A DNA stretch of 64,000 nt, from assembly GCA_002269645.1 (NCBI GenBank), contig NIVC01003603.1, positions 1 to 64,000 on the forward strand, given 5' to 3'. A model generated the notes under the pieces. It worked only from the letters and a program-made list of their open reading frames with translations, had not been told where the DNA came from and did not search any database. Positions 23,601-37,061 of this stretch are shown here, piece by piece (within the stretch, counting starts at the first letter, position 1; each line of letters opens with the position of its first letter). Made by a program: the position numbers and the translations under genes. Source of the stretch: Macrostomum lignano (Eukaryota).

Positions 23601-26600
23601 TACCGTAGATTAAGACAGACCCATCTTCTTCTACCGTAGATTAAGACAGACCCATCTTCTACCGTAGATTAAGACAGACCCATCTTTTCTACCGTAGATT
23701 AAGACAGACCCATCTTCTACCGTAGATTAAGACAGACCCATCTTCTTCTACCGTAGATTAAGACAGACCCATCTTCTTCGTAGATTAAGACAGACCCATC
23801 TTCTATCGTAGATTAAGACAGACCCATCTTCTATCGTAGATTAAGACAGACCCATCTTCTATCGTAGATTAAGACAGACCCATCTTCTATCGTAGATTAA
23901 GACAGACCCATCTTCTATCGTAGGTTAAGACAGACCCATCTTCTATCGTAGATTAAGACAGACCCATCTTCTTCTACCGTAGATTAAGACAGACCCATCT
24001 TCTACCGTAGATTAAGACAGACCCATCTTCTACCGTAGATTAAGACAGACCCATCTTCTTCTACCGTAGATTAAGACAGACCCATCTTCTACCGTAGATT
24101 AAGACAGACCCATCTTCTACCGTAGATTAAGACAGACCCATCTTCTTCTACCGTAGATTAAGACAGACCCATCTTCTACCGTAGATTAAGACAGACCCAT
24201 CTTCTTCTACCGTAGATTAAGACAGACCCATCTTCTTCTACCGTAGATTAAGACAGACCCATCTTCTTCTACCGTAGATTAAGACAGACCCATCTTCTAT
24301 CGTAGATTAAGACAGACCCATCTTCTATCGTAGATTAAGACAGACCCATCTTCTATCGTAGATTAAGACAGACCCATCTTCTATCGTAGATTAAGACAGA
24401 CCCATCTTCTATCGTAGATTAAGACAGACCCATCTTCTATCGTAGATTAAGACAGACCCATCTTCTACGTAGATTAAGACAGACCCATCTTCTACCGTAG
24501 ATTAAGACAGACCCATCTTCTACCGTAGATTAAGACAGACCCATCTTCTTCTACCGTAGATTAAGACAGACCCATCTTCTACCGTAGATTAAGACAGACC
24601 CATCTTCTACCGTAGATTAAGACAGACCCATCTTCTTCTACCGTAGATTAAGACAGACCCATCTTCTACCGTAGATTAAGACAGACCCATCTTCTTCTAC
24701 CGTAGATTAAGACAGACCCATCTTCTTCTACCGTAGATTAAGACAGACCCATCTTCTTCTACCGTAGATTAAGACAGACCCATCTTCTATCGTAGATTAA
24801 GACAGACCCATCTTCTATCGTAGATTAAGACAGACCCATCTTCTATCGTAGATTAAGACAGACCCATCTTCTATCGTAGATTAAGACAGACCCATCTTCT
24901 ATCGTAGATTAAGACAGACCCATCTTCTATCGTAGATTAAGACAGACCCATCTTCTATCGTAGATTAAGACAGACCCATCTTCTACCGTAGATTAAGACA
25001 GACCCATCTTCTTCTACCGTAGATTAAGACAGACCCATCTTCTTCTACCGTAGATTAAGACAGACCCATCTTCTTCTACCGTAGATTAAGACAGACCCAT
25101 CTTCTTCTACCGTAGATTAAGACAGACCCATCTTCTATCGTAGATTAAGACAGACCCATCTTCTATCGTAGATTAAGACAGACCCATCTTCTATCGTAGA
25201 TTAAGACAGACCCATCTTCTATCCGTAGATTAAGACAGACCCATCTTCTACCGTAGATTAAGACAGACCCATCTTCTTCTACCGTAGATTAAGACAGACC
25301 CATCTTCTTCTACCGTAGATTAAGACAGACCCATCTTCTTCTACCGTAGATTAAGACAGACCCATCTTCTTCTACCGTAGATTAAGACAGACCCATCTTC
25401 TTCTACCGTAGATTAAGACAGACCCATCTTCTTCTACCGTAGATTAAGACAGACCCATCTTCTTCTACCGTAGATTAAGACAGACCCATCTTCTTCTACC
25501 GTAGATTAAGACAGACCCATCTTCTACCGTAGATTAAGACAGACCCATCTTCTTCTACCGTAGATTAAGACAGACCCATCTTCTATCGTAGATTAAGACA
25601 GACCCATCTTCTATCGTAGATTAAGACAGACCCATCTTCTATCGTAGATTAAGACAGACCCATCTTCTATCGTAGATTAAGACAGACCCATCTTCTATCG
25701 TAGATTAAGACAGACCCATCTTCTTCTACCGTAGATTAAGACAGACCCATCTTCTTCTACCGTAGATTAAGACAGACCCATCTTCTTCTACCGTAGATTA
25801 AGACAGACCCATCTTCTTCTACCGTAGATTAAGACAGACCCATCTTCTATCGTAGATTAAGACAGACCCATCTTCTATCGTAGATTAAGACAGACCCATC
25901 TTCTATCGTAGATTAAGACAGACCCATCTTCTATCGTAGGTTAAGACAGACCCATCTTCTATCGTAGATTAAGACAGACCCATCTTCTTCTACCGTAGAT
26001 TAAGACAGACCCATCTTCTTCTACCGTAGATTAAGACAGACCCATCTTCTTCTACCGTAGATTAAGACAGACCCATCTTCTTCTACCGTAGATTAAGACA
26101 GACCCATCTTCTTCTACCGTAGATTAAGACAGACCCATCTTCTTCTACCGTAGATTAAGACAGACCCATCTTTTCTACCGTAGATTAAGACAGACCCATC
26201 TTCTTCTACCGTAGATTAAGACAGACCCATCTTCTTCTACCGTAGATTAAGACAGACCCATCTTCTTCTACCGTAGATTAAGACAGACCCATCTTCTATC
26301 GTAGATTAAGACAGACCCATCTTCTATCGTAGATTAAGACAGACCCATCTTCTATCGTAGATTAAGACAGACCCATCTTCTATCGTAGATTAAGACAGAC
26401 CCATCTTCTATCGTAGATTAAGACAGACCCATCTTCTATCGTAGATTAAGACAGACCCATCTTCTACGTAGATTAAGACAGACCCATCTTCTTCCGTAGA
26501 TTAAGACAGACCCATCTTCTACCGTAGATTAAGACAGACCCATCTTCTTCTACCGTAGATTAAGACAGACCCATCTTCTACCGTAGATTAAGACAGACCC

Positions 26601-29600
26601 ATCTTCTACCGTAGATTAAGACAGACCCATCTTCTTCTACCGTAGATTAAGACAGACCCATCTTCTACCGTAGATTAAGACAGACCCATCTTCTTCTACC
26701 GTAGATTAAGACAGACCCATCTTCTACCGTAGATTAAGACAGACCCATCTTCTACCGTAGATTAAGACAGACCCATCTTCTATCGTAGATTAAGACAGAC
26801 CCATCTTCTATCGTAGATTAAGACAGACCCATCTTCTATCGTAGATTAAGACAGACCCATCTTCTATCGTAGATTAAGACAGACCCATCTTCTATCGTAG
26901 ATTAAGACAGACCCATCTTCTATCGTAGATTAAGACAGACCCATCTTCTATCGTAGATTAAGACAGACCCATCTTCTATCCGTAGATTAAGACAGACCCA
27001 TCTTCTACCGTAGATTAAGACAGACCCATCTTCTTCTACCGTAGATTAAGACAGACCCATCTTCTTCTACCGTAGATTAAGACAGACCCATCTTCTACCG
27101 TAGATTAAGACAGACCCATCTTCTTCTACCGTAGATTAAGACAGACCCATCTTCTACCGTAGATTAAGACAGACCCATCTTCTTCTACCGTAGATTAAGA
27201 CAGACCCATCTTCTTCTACCGTAGATTAAGACAGACCCATCTTCTTCTACCGTAGATTAAGACAGACCCATCTTCTATCGTAGATTAAGACAGACCCATC
27301 TTCTATCGTAGATTAAGACAGACCCATCTTCTATCGTAGATTAAGACAGACCCATCTTCTATCGTAGATTAAGACAGACCCATCTTCTATCGTAGATTAA
27401 GACAGACCCATCTTCTATCGTAGATTAAGACAGACCCATCTTCTTCGTAGATTAAGACAGACCCATCTTCTACCGTAGATTAAGACAGACCCATCTTCTT
27501 CTACCGTAGATTAAGACAGACCCATCTTCTTCTACCGTAGATTAAGACAGACCCATCTTCTTCTACCGTAGATTAAGACAGACCCATCTTTTCTACCGTA
27601 GATTAAGACAGACCCATCTTTTTCTACCGTAGATTAAGACAGACCCATCTTCTTCTACCGTAGATTAAGACAGACCCATCTTCTACCGTAGATTAAGACA
27701 GACCCATCTTCTTCTACCGTAGATTAAGACAGACCCATCTTCTACCGTAGATTAAGACAGACCCATCTTCTTCTACCGTAGATTAAGACAGACCCATCTT
27801 CTTCTACGTAGATTAAGACAGACCCATCTTCTATCGTAGATTAAGACAGACCCATCTTCTATCGTAGATTAAGACAGACCCATCTTCTATCGTAGATTAA
27901 GACAGACCCATCTTCTATCGTAGATTAAGACAGACCCATCTTCTATCGTAGATTAAGACAGACCCATCTTCTACGTAGATTAAGACAGACCCATCTTCTT
28001 CTACCGTAGATTAAGACAGACCCATCTTCTTCTACCGTAGATTAAGACAGACCCATCTTCTTCTACCGTAGATTAAGACAGACCCATCTTCTTCTACCGT
28101 AGATTAAGACAGACCCATCTTCTTCTACCGTAGATTAAGACAGACCCATCTTCTTCTACCGTAGATTAAGACAGACCCATCTTCTTCTACCGTAGATTAA
28201 GACAGACCCATCTTCTTCTACCGTAGATTAAGACAGACCCATCTTCTATCGTAGATTAAGACAGACCCATCTTCTATCGTAGATTAAGACAGACCCATCT
28301 TCTATCGTAGATTAAGACAGACCCATCTTCTATCGTAGATTAAGACAGACCCATCTTCTATCGTAGATTAAGACAGACCCATCTTCTATCGTAGATTAAG
28401 ACAGACCCATCTTCTATCGTAGATTAAGACAGACCCATCTTCTATCGTAGATTAAGACAGACCCATCTTCTATCGTAGATTAAGACAGACCCATCTTCTA
28501 TCGTAGATTAAGACAGACCCATCTTCTATCGTAGATTAAGACAGACCCATCTTCTATCGTAGATTAAGACAGACCCATCTTCTATCGTAGATTAAGACAG
28601 ACCCATCTTCTATCGTAGATTAAGACAGACCCATCTTCTATCGTAGATTAAGACAGACCCATCTTCTATCGTAGATTAAGACAGACCCATCTTCTACGTA
28701 GATTAAGACAGACCCATCTTCTACCGTAGATTAAGACAGACCCATCTTCTACCGTAGATTAAGACAGACCCATCTTTTCTACCGTAGATTAAGACAGACC
28801 CATCTTCTACCGTAGATTAAGACAGACCCATCTTCTACCGTAGATTAAGACAGACCCATCTTCTTCTACCGTAGATTAAGACAGACCCATCTTCTACCGT
28901 AGATTAAGACAGACCCATCTTCTTCTACCGTAGATTAAGACAGACCCATCTTCTACCGTAGATTAAGACAGACCCATCTTCTTCTACCGTAGATTAAGAC
29001 AGACCCATCTTCTTCGTAGATTAAGACAGACCCATCTTCTATCGTAGATTAAGACAGACCCATCTTCTATCGTAGATTAAGACAGACCCATCTTCTATCG
29101 TAGATTAAGACAGACCCATCTTCTATCGTAGATTAAGACAGACCCATCTTCTATCGTAGATTAAGACAGACCCATCTTCTATCGTAGATTAAGACAGACC
29201 CATCTTCTATCGTAGATTAAGACAGACCCATCTTCTACCGTAGATTAAGACAGACCCATCTTTCTACCGTAGATTAAGACAGACCCATCTTCTATCGTAG
29301 ATTAAGACAGACCCATCTTCTACCGTAGATTAAGACAGACCCATCTTCTTCTACCGTAGATTAAGACAGACCCATCTTCTACCGTAGATTAAGACAGACC
29401 CATCTTCTACCGTAGATTAAGACAGACCCATCTTCTTCTACCGTAGATTAAGACAGACCCATCTTCTTCTACCGTAGATTAAGACAGACCCATCTTCTTC
29501 TACCGTAGATTAAGACAGACCCATCTTCTATCGTAGATTAAGACAGACCCATCTTCTATCGTAGATTAAGACAGACCCATCTTCTATCGTAGGTTAAGAC

Positions 29601-32600
29601 AGACCCATCTTCTATCGTAGATTAAGACAGACCCATCTTCTATCGTAGATTAAGACAGACCCATCTTCTACGTAGATTAAGACAGACCCATCTTCTTCTA
29701 CCGTAGATTAAGACAGACCCATCTTCTACCGTAGATTAAGACAGACCCATCTTTTCTACCGTAGATTAAGACAGACCCATCTTCTTCTACCAGATTAAGA
29801 CAGACCCATCTTTTCTACCGTAGATTAAGACAGACCCATCTTCTTCTACCATAGATTAAGACAGACCCATCTTCTATCGTAGATTAAGACAGACCCATCT
29901 TCTATCGTAGATTAAGACAGACCCATCTTCTATCGTAGATTAAGACAGACCCATCTTCTATCGTAGATTAAGACAGACCCATCTTCTATGTAGATTAAGA
30001 CAGACCCATCTTCTATCGTAGATTAAGACAGACCCATCTTCTATCGTAGATTAAGACAGACCCATCTTCTACCGTAGATTAAGACAGACCCATCTTCTTC
30101 TACCGTAGATTAAGACAGACCCATCTTCTACCGTAGATTAAGACAGACCCATCTTTTTCTACCGTAGATTAAGACAGACCCATCTTCTCTACCGTAGATT
30201 AAGACAGACCCATCTTCTATCGTAGATTAAGACAGACCCATCTTCTTCTACCGTAGATTAAGACAGACCCATCTTCTATCGTAGATTAAGACAGACCCAT
30301 CTTCTATCGTAGATTAAGACAGACCCATCTTCTATCGTAGGTTAAGACAGACCCATCTTCTATCGTAGATTAAGACAGACCCATCTTCTATCGTAGATTA
30401 AGACAGACCCATCTTCTATCGTAGATTAAGACAGACCCATCTTCTATCGTAGATTAAGACAGACCCATCTTCTATCGTAGATTAAGACAGACCCATCTTC
30501 TACCGTAGATTAAGACAGACCCATCTTCTTCTACCGTAGATTAAGACAGACCCATCTTCTACCGTAGATTAAGACAGACCCATCTTTTCTACCGTAGATT
30601 AAGACAGACCCATCTTCTTCTACCGTAGATTAAGACAGACCCATCTTCTATCGTAGATTAAGACAGACCCATCTTCTTCTACCGTAGATTAAGACAGACC
30701 CATCTTCTATCGTAGATTAAGACAGACCCATCTTCTATCGTAGATTAAGACAGACCCATCTTCTATCGTAGATTAAGACAGACCCATCTTCTATCGTAGA
30801 TTAAGACAGACCCATCTTCTATCGTAGATTAAGACAGACCCATCTTCTTCGTAGATTAAGACAGACCCATCTTCTTCTACCGTAGATTAAGACAGACCCA
30901 TCTTCTTCTACCGTAGATTAAGACAGACCCATCTTCTTCTACCGTAGATTAAGACAGACCCATCTTCTTCTACCGTAGATTAAGACAGACCCATCTTTTC
31001 TACCGTAGATTAAGACAGACCCATCTTTTCTACCGTAGATTAAGACAGACCCATCTTCTTCTACCGTAGATTAAGACAGACCCATCTTCTATCGTAGATT
31101 AAGACAGACCCATCTTCTTCTACCGTAGATTAAGACAGACCCATCTTTTCTACCATAGATTAAGACAGACCCATCTTCTTCTACCGTAGATTAAGACAGA
31201 CCCATCTTCTATCGTAGATTAAGACAGACCCATCTTCTTCTACCGTAGATTAAGACAGACCCATCTTCTTCTACCATAGATTAAGACAGACCCATCTTCT
31301 TCTACCGTAGATTAAGACAGACCCATCTTCTATCGTAGGTTAAGACAGACCCATCTTCTATCGTAGATTAAGACAGACCCATCTTCTTCTACCGTAGATT
31401 AAGACAGACCCATCTTCTTCTACCGTAGATTAAGACAGACCCATCTTCTTCTACCATAGATTAAGACAGACCCATCTTCTTCTACCGTAGATTAAGACAG
31501 ACCCATCTTTTCTACCGTAGATTAAGACAGACCCATCTTCTCTACCGTAGATTAAGACAGACCCATCTTCTATCGTAGATTAAAACAGACCCATCTTCTT
31601 CTACCGTAGATTAAGACAGACCCATCTTTTCTACCGTAGATTAAGACAGACCCATCTTCTATCGTAGATTAAGACAGACCCATCTTCTATCGTAGGTTAA
31701 GACAGACCCATCTTCTATCGTAGGTTAAGACAGACCCATCTTCTATCGTAGATTAAGACAGACCCATCTTCTATCGTAGGTTAAGACAGACCCATCTTCT
31801 ATGGTAGATTAAGACATACCCATCTTCTATCGTAGGTTAAGACAGACCCATCTTCTATCGTAGATTAAGACAGACCCATCTTCTACCGTAGATTAAGACA
31901 GACCCATCTTCTTCTACCGTAGATTAAGACAGACCCATCTTCTACCGTAGATTAAGACAGACCCATCTTTTTCTACCGTAGATTAAGACAGACCCATCTT
32001 CTTCTACCGTAGATTAAGACAGACCCATCTTCTATCGTAGATTAAGACAGACCCATCTTCTTCTACCGTAGATTAAGACAGACCCATCTTCTACCGTAGA
32101 TTAAGGCAGACCCATCTTCTTCTATCGTAGGTTAAGACAGACCCATCTTCTATCGTAGATTAAGGCAGACCCATCTTCTATCGTAGATTAAGACAGACCC
32201 ATCTTCTATCGTAGGTTAAGACAGACCCATCTTCTATCGTAGATTAAGACAGACCCATCTTCTTCTACCGTAGATTAAGACAGACCCATCTTCTTCTACC
32301 GTAGATTAAGACAGACCCATCTTCTTCTACCATAGATTAAGACAGACCCATCTTCTTCTACCGTAGATTAAGACAGACCCATCTTTTTCTACCGTAGATT
32401 AAGACAGACCCATCTTTTTCTACCGTAGATTAAGACAGACCCATCTTCTTCTACCGTAGATTAAGACAGACCCATCTTCTATCGTAGATTAAGACAGACC
32501 CATCTTCTTCTACCGTAGATTAAGACAGACCCATCTTTTTCTACCGTAGATTAAGACAGACCCATCTTCTACCGTAGATTAAGGCAGACCCATCTTCTAT

Positions 32601-33686
32601 CGTAGGTTAAGACAGACCCATCTTCTATCGTAGATTAAGACAGACCCATCTTCTATCGTAGATTAAGACAGACCCATCTTCTATCGTAGATTAAGACAGA
32701 CCCATCTTCTATCGTAGATTAAGACAGACCCATCTTCTTCTACCGTAGATTAAGACAGACCCATCTTCTTCTACCGTAGATTAAGACAGACCCATCTTCT
32801 TCGTAGATTAAGACAGACCCATCTTCTTCTACCGTAGATTAAGACAGACCCATCTTCTATCGTAGATTAAGACAGACCCATCTTCTTCGTAGATTAAGAC
32901 AGACCCATCTTCTTCTACCGTAGATTAAGACAGACCCATCTTCTTCTACCGTAGATTAAGACAGACCCATCTTCTTCTACCATAGATTAAGACAGACCCA
33001 TCTTCTTCTACCGTAGATTAAGACAGACCCATCTTCTTCTACCATAGATTAAGACAGACCCATCTTCTTCTACCGTAGATTAAGACAGACCCATCTTCTT
33101 CTACCATAGATTAAGACAGACCCATCTTCTTCTACCGTAGATTAAGACAGACCCATCTTCTTCTACCATAGATTAAGACAGACCCATCTTCTTCTACCGT
33201 AGATTAAGACAGACCCATCTTCTATCGTAGATTAAGACAGACCCATCTTCTATCGTAGATTAAGACAGACCCATCTTCTATCGTAGATTAAGACAGACCC
33301 ATCTTCTATCGTAGATTAAGACAGACCCATCTTTTTCTACCGTAGATTAAGACAGACCCATCTTCTTCTACCGTAGATTAAGACAGACCCATCTTCTTCT
33401 ACCATAGATTAAGACAGACCCATCTTCTTCTACCGTAGATTAAGACAGACCCATCTTTTTCTACCGTAGATTAAGACAGACCCATCTTTTTCTACCGTAG
33501 ATTAAGACAGACCCATCTTCTTCTACCGTAGATTAAGACTGCAGGGCTGTCCCGGAGGGGACACAGCGGGAAGGCGCGGGCGGTAGATTAAGACAGACCC
33601 ATCTTTTTCTACCGTAGATTAAGACAGACCCATCTTCTAAGGTAGATTAAGACAGACGCATCTTCTTCTACCGTAGATTAAGACAG
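8620..33686 (+). repeat. 25-kb satellite array of 27-31-bp monomers, consensus GACCCATC(TTC)1-2TA(C/T)CGTAGATTAAGACA
   Basis: Continuous tandem repetition read directly; about 850 copies estimated from length divided by about 29.5 bp. One 43-bp unique insert at 33540-33582. Confidence 0.99.
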
Positions 33687-34127
33687 TCAATCACCCTGGG
33701 ATAGGTATCTGACAGGCCCTCTAGTTCTGATAATTGCAAGACATTTTTCTTCGAACTTATTTATCGCTTTTTGACGCCGGATCGACGAGCTAAAGGACAG
33801 TGTTTTATTTAATCGGTACAGAAGTTCGTCACTAGGCATGGGTGTTTGACGGGTTGCGCCAAGTCCAGCCCTCTGAAAATCAATGAAAGAAAAAAGTGAG
33901 GAAGTAGGAGCTGAAAAACCAGCAACGCAATGGTGCCAAGTTCATTAGGGATTAGCAAGAAATTGAAAAAAATCAAACCAAAATCCTTGCCGTGAAGAGT
34001 GGGAAACCGAATTAACGGATTTGACTTTGGATCGATCACAGCTATGAGCTTGTCGAATTGCTCACCAACAGAAAATACAACTGCTTCCAGTTATAAGAGT
34101 GTACTTTGAACACCGATTGAAAAACAA

Positions 34128-34805
34128 TAGAAGAAGATCTGTCTTAATCTACGGTAGAAGAAGATGGGTCTGTCTTAATCTACGGTAGAAGAAGATGGGT
34201 CTGTCTTAATCTACGGTAGAAAAAGATGGGTCTGTCTTAATCTACGATAGAAGATGGGTCTGTCTTAATCTACGATAGAAGATGGGTCTGTCTTAATCTA
34301 CGGTAGAAGAAGATGGGTCTGCCTTAATCTACGGTAGAAGAAGATGGGTCTGCCTTAATCTACGGTAGAAGAAGATGGGTCTGCCTTAATCTACGGTAGA
34401 AGAAGATGGGTCTGCCTTAATCTACGGTAGAAGAAGATGGGTCTGCCTTAATCTACGGTAGAAGAAGATGGGTCTGTCTTAATCTACGGTAGAAGAAGAT
34501 GGGTCTGGCTTAATCTACGGTAGAAGAAGATGGTCTGCCTTAATCTACGGTAGAAGAAGATGGGTCTGCCTTAATCTACGGTAGAAGAAGATGGTCTGCC
34601 TTAATCTACGGTAGAAAAAGATGGGTCTGCCTTAATCTACGGTAGAAGAAGATGGGTCTGCCTTAATCTACGGTAGAAGAAGATGGGTCTGCCTTAATCT
34701 ACGGTAGAAGAAGATGGATCTGCCTTAATCTACGGTAGAAGAAGATGGGTCTGTCTTTATCTACGGTAGAAGAAGATGGGTCTGTCTTATTTTAATCTAA
34801 GGTAG
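34128..34805 (-). repeat. Inverted block of the same satellite (about 22 monomers)
   Basis: Units TGTCTTAATCTACGGTAGAAGAAGATGGGTC and TGCCTTAATC... are the reverse complement of the main-array monomer. A 441-bp unique spacer separates the two blocks. Confidence 0.97.
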
Positions 34806-35277
34806 CTAGAAAATTGACTTAACCCAGAATGATATGGTTTTGAAAATCGCTAATACGAGTAATATTGTTGACTTAAGACAGGCTATAGCTTAAGGCGCAT
34901 TGTTTCAGCCAGCATTGATCAGCAATCAGGCATTGAAATTGATGAGCTTGAAATGAAAGCATTTTAATTATCTCGTACTTGAATAGAATTGAATTGTTTC
35001 ATGATTTGTTATAGCTTTGGCATTGAAATTCACGCTGCAGAGAAAATAAATGGAAGTCCTGGATATAAAAAATGAATGAATTCAATGCAACAGTGGGCCA
35101 TTCAATAAGGAAAAATGGATGGTGCGTATTCAAAAGATGCATATGTATTTAGGGAGCTTTCTAGTAAACTGTTATTGAGCTGGCTTCAAGCGACTCATTC
35201 TAATGATTATAGTTTGCAGGCACTCTAGATGATCATTTTAATTATTAAAACTAAGAATTTAATTAAAAAATACGAAA

Positions 35278-35320
35278 GCCATCGTGGGGGCGCCATCGTG
35301 GGGCGCCATCGTGGGGCGCG
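35278..35320. repeat. Short tandem repeat (GCCATCGTGGGGC)x3
   Basis: Three adjacent 13-14-bp copies read directly. Confidence 0.75.
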
Positions 35321-36895
35321 ATCATACAGTTGGGGCGCTAATTGGCCTGGCAAAAGGGTCGCCAGCAACAAAAGTGGTGCCACGGCAGCGAGCCGTGGTG
35401 ACAGCGCAGCAGCTGCGATATGCATCCCGCCAAGCCCAAAGCAGTTATTGGGCGAATATTAAAATTAATAATAGCTTTAAGGTGTCAAAACCTGTCAAAG
35501 GTCATCATTTTTTCAGCACTGGGTGGGAGACGAGTGGGTCCCATGCCCAACTAGCTATACACCCCTGCTTCCAGCAAGATTAAACAAACTGGAATATGCA
35601 TGCATTGGTATACAGTAGATTGGCAGAATTATTTGGAATACACGCTCCTTCATGGTTCAGTTCAGTTCGATCACAGTCTAGCTTGAAGCGTAAAACAGTT
35701 TCGGCATTCTTTTTGCGCTTGTGGGCCACGTACGAGCTATATTCATTCGACCTAGATCCGTGAGATAGATCGAGCGTCTGCACGAACTCGTATGCTAACT
35801 CGTAAGCCAAAGAGCGAATTATGATTTAATATTGTTAATGAGCAAGCTCACTATCTGTAAGTGAGTACTTAAACGTCATTTGCATACACATAACCTGTAA
35901 AAAGGTTATATTACATATGCATGTAACATGTATTTAATACGAATAAAAATAAATATTGGATCAACGTTTTCGTGCAGGCCTTAAAGGATTCTCACATTTT
36001 GATACAATTTTGATATAGTACTTCATTTTGATTTCTGATCCAAAAACTTCTTAATCCGTAAGCTTTTCAAGCTTGAAATCCCTGAAAATTTCCGCTGGAA
36101 AAAGCTAATATATTGGTGTATATATGCGCCTTCTATACTAGGTACTGTGTACAGCGCAGAACTAGAACTACTCTTGCTCGGCATGGAATTGCAACCAAAA
36201 GCTGTCGTAGCGTAAGTTCGATCGTACGTCGGAACTTTTACACTGTGGGGATAGGATCTAAGAACGATCTTATTTTAAGATGTCTTAGAACGGGCCCCTT
36301 AATATGTTTCGTCTCTTTACGGATGCAAAGTAAGAGCAAAAACAAAATCTAAGACTACAAATACTAATGAGCTTTTCGTATGTCTTATTATTAACGTTTG
36401 AATAAGCATAAGCTTTTAAACATAATATTTTTGTCTAAAGTTAATATAAAATTAAAAAACGTGCAATTTCAAATGAAACGAAAGTAAACTGAACATTGAT
36501 TTTTTGTAAATCAGCAAGTGCAGTTGGGGTGAGCTAAATCAGTCAACCCAGTCACCGAATTACCGTCGCCAACTGCTACGCTTAACTTCTGGTCTAAATA
36601 AAGTAAAGTTTAGCATAAGGGAGAAAAGAATAAACTATCTTTTTAAAGTTTTTAGCCCATCACTGTTTCCATAATTCACTGTCACATCGTTCTCCAGGTT
36701 CTGTTCTGTTCTTGCTTACAGCTCACAATATTAAAATTAAAAACCTAAGTCATTATTACATTATGACTTATGTGTGTATGTAGCAGCAGTTATTATTCAT
36801 CACTTATTATCAAAGGAATAGTTTTAACTTTTTATGTTTTACTTGATTACCAATATTTTTTGGTCAAAAAGATATTCTTTGTAACTTTATTTAAA

Positions 36896-37061
36896 ATGTC
36901 TCATATCTCTCCTATTTATAATGCATCATTTGCAATCAAGCAAGAAATACAGCGCTTTGAAAGTGTTCACCCAAGCATCTATGCTATTTATGATTTAATT
37001 GAATCAATACCTGACAAAGACTTGCAGGATAAAATTCATAATTACGTTGTTTGCATAGAAG
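36896..37061 (+). CDS. AGAP1: AGAP1/AGAP3-like (centaurin-gamma, Arf-GAP with GTPase-like domain) coding exon 1
   Basis: [55 protein letters not shown] matches the recalled AGAP1 N-terminus ([24 protein letters not shown]...HVIAIED). AAAATG start, G|GTAAG donor, phase 1. Confidence 0.93.

Noticed and set aside
8620-33686. CRISPR array: the monomer core TTCTAC-C-GTAGAT resembles the Cas12a repeat stem (TTTCTAC...GTAGAT)
   Set aside because: No unique spacers (one insert in about 850 units), no cas genes, and the context is a spliceosomal-intron eukaryotic locus; the resemblance is a short palindrome.
36770-36895. Upstream in-frame ATG extending AGAP by 42 aa
   Set aside because: Homology and the AAAATG context begin at 36896; the extension is AT-rich UTR-like sequence. 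Not excluded without expression data.
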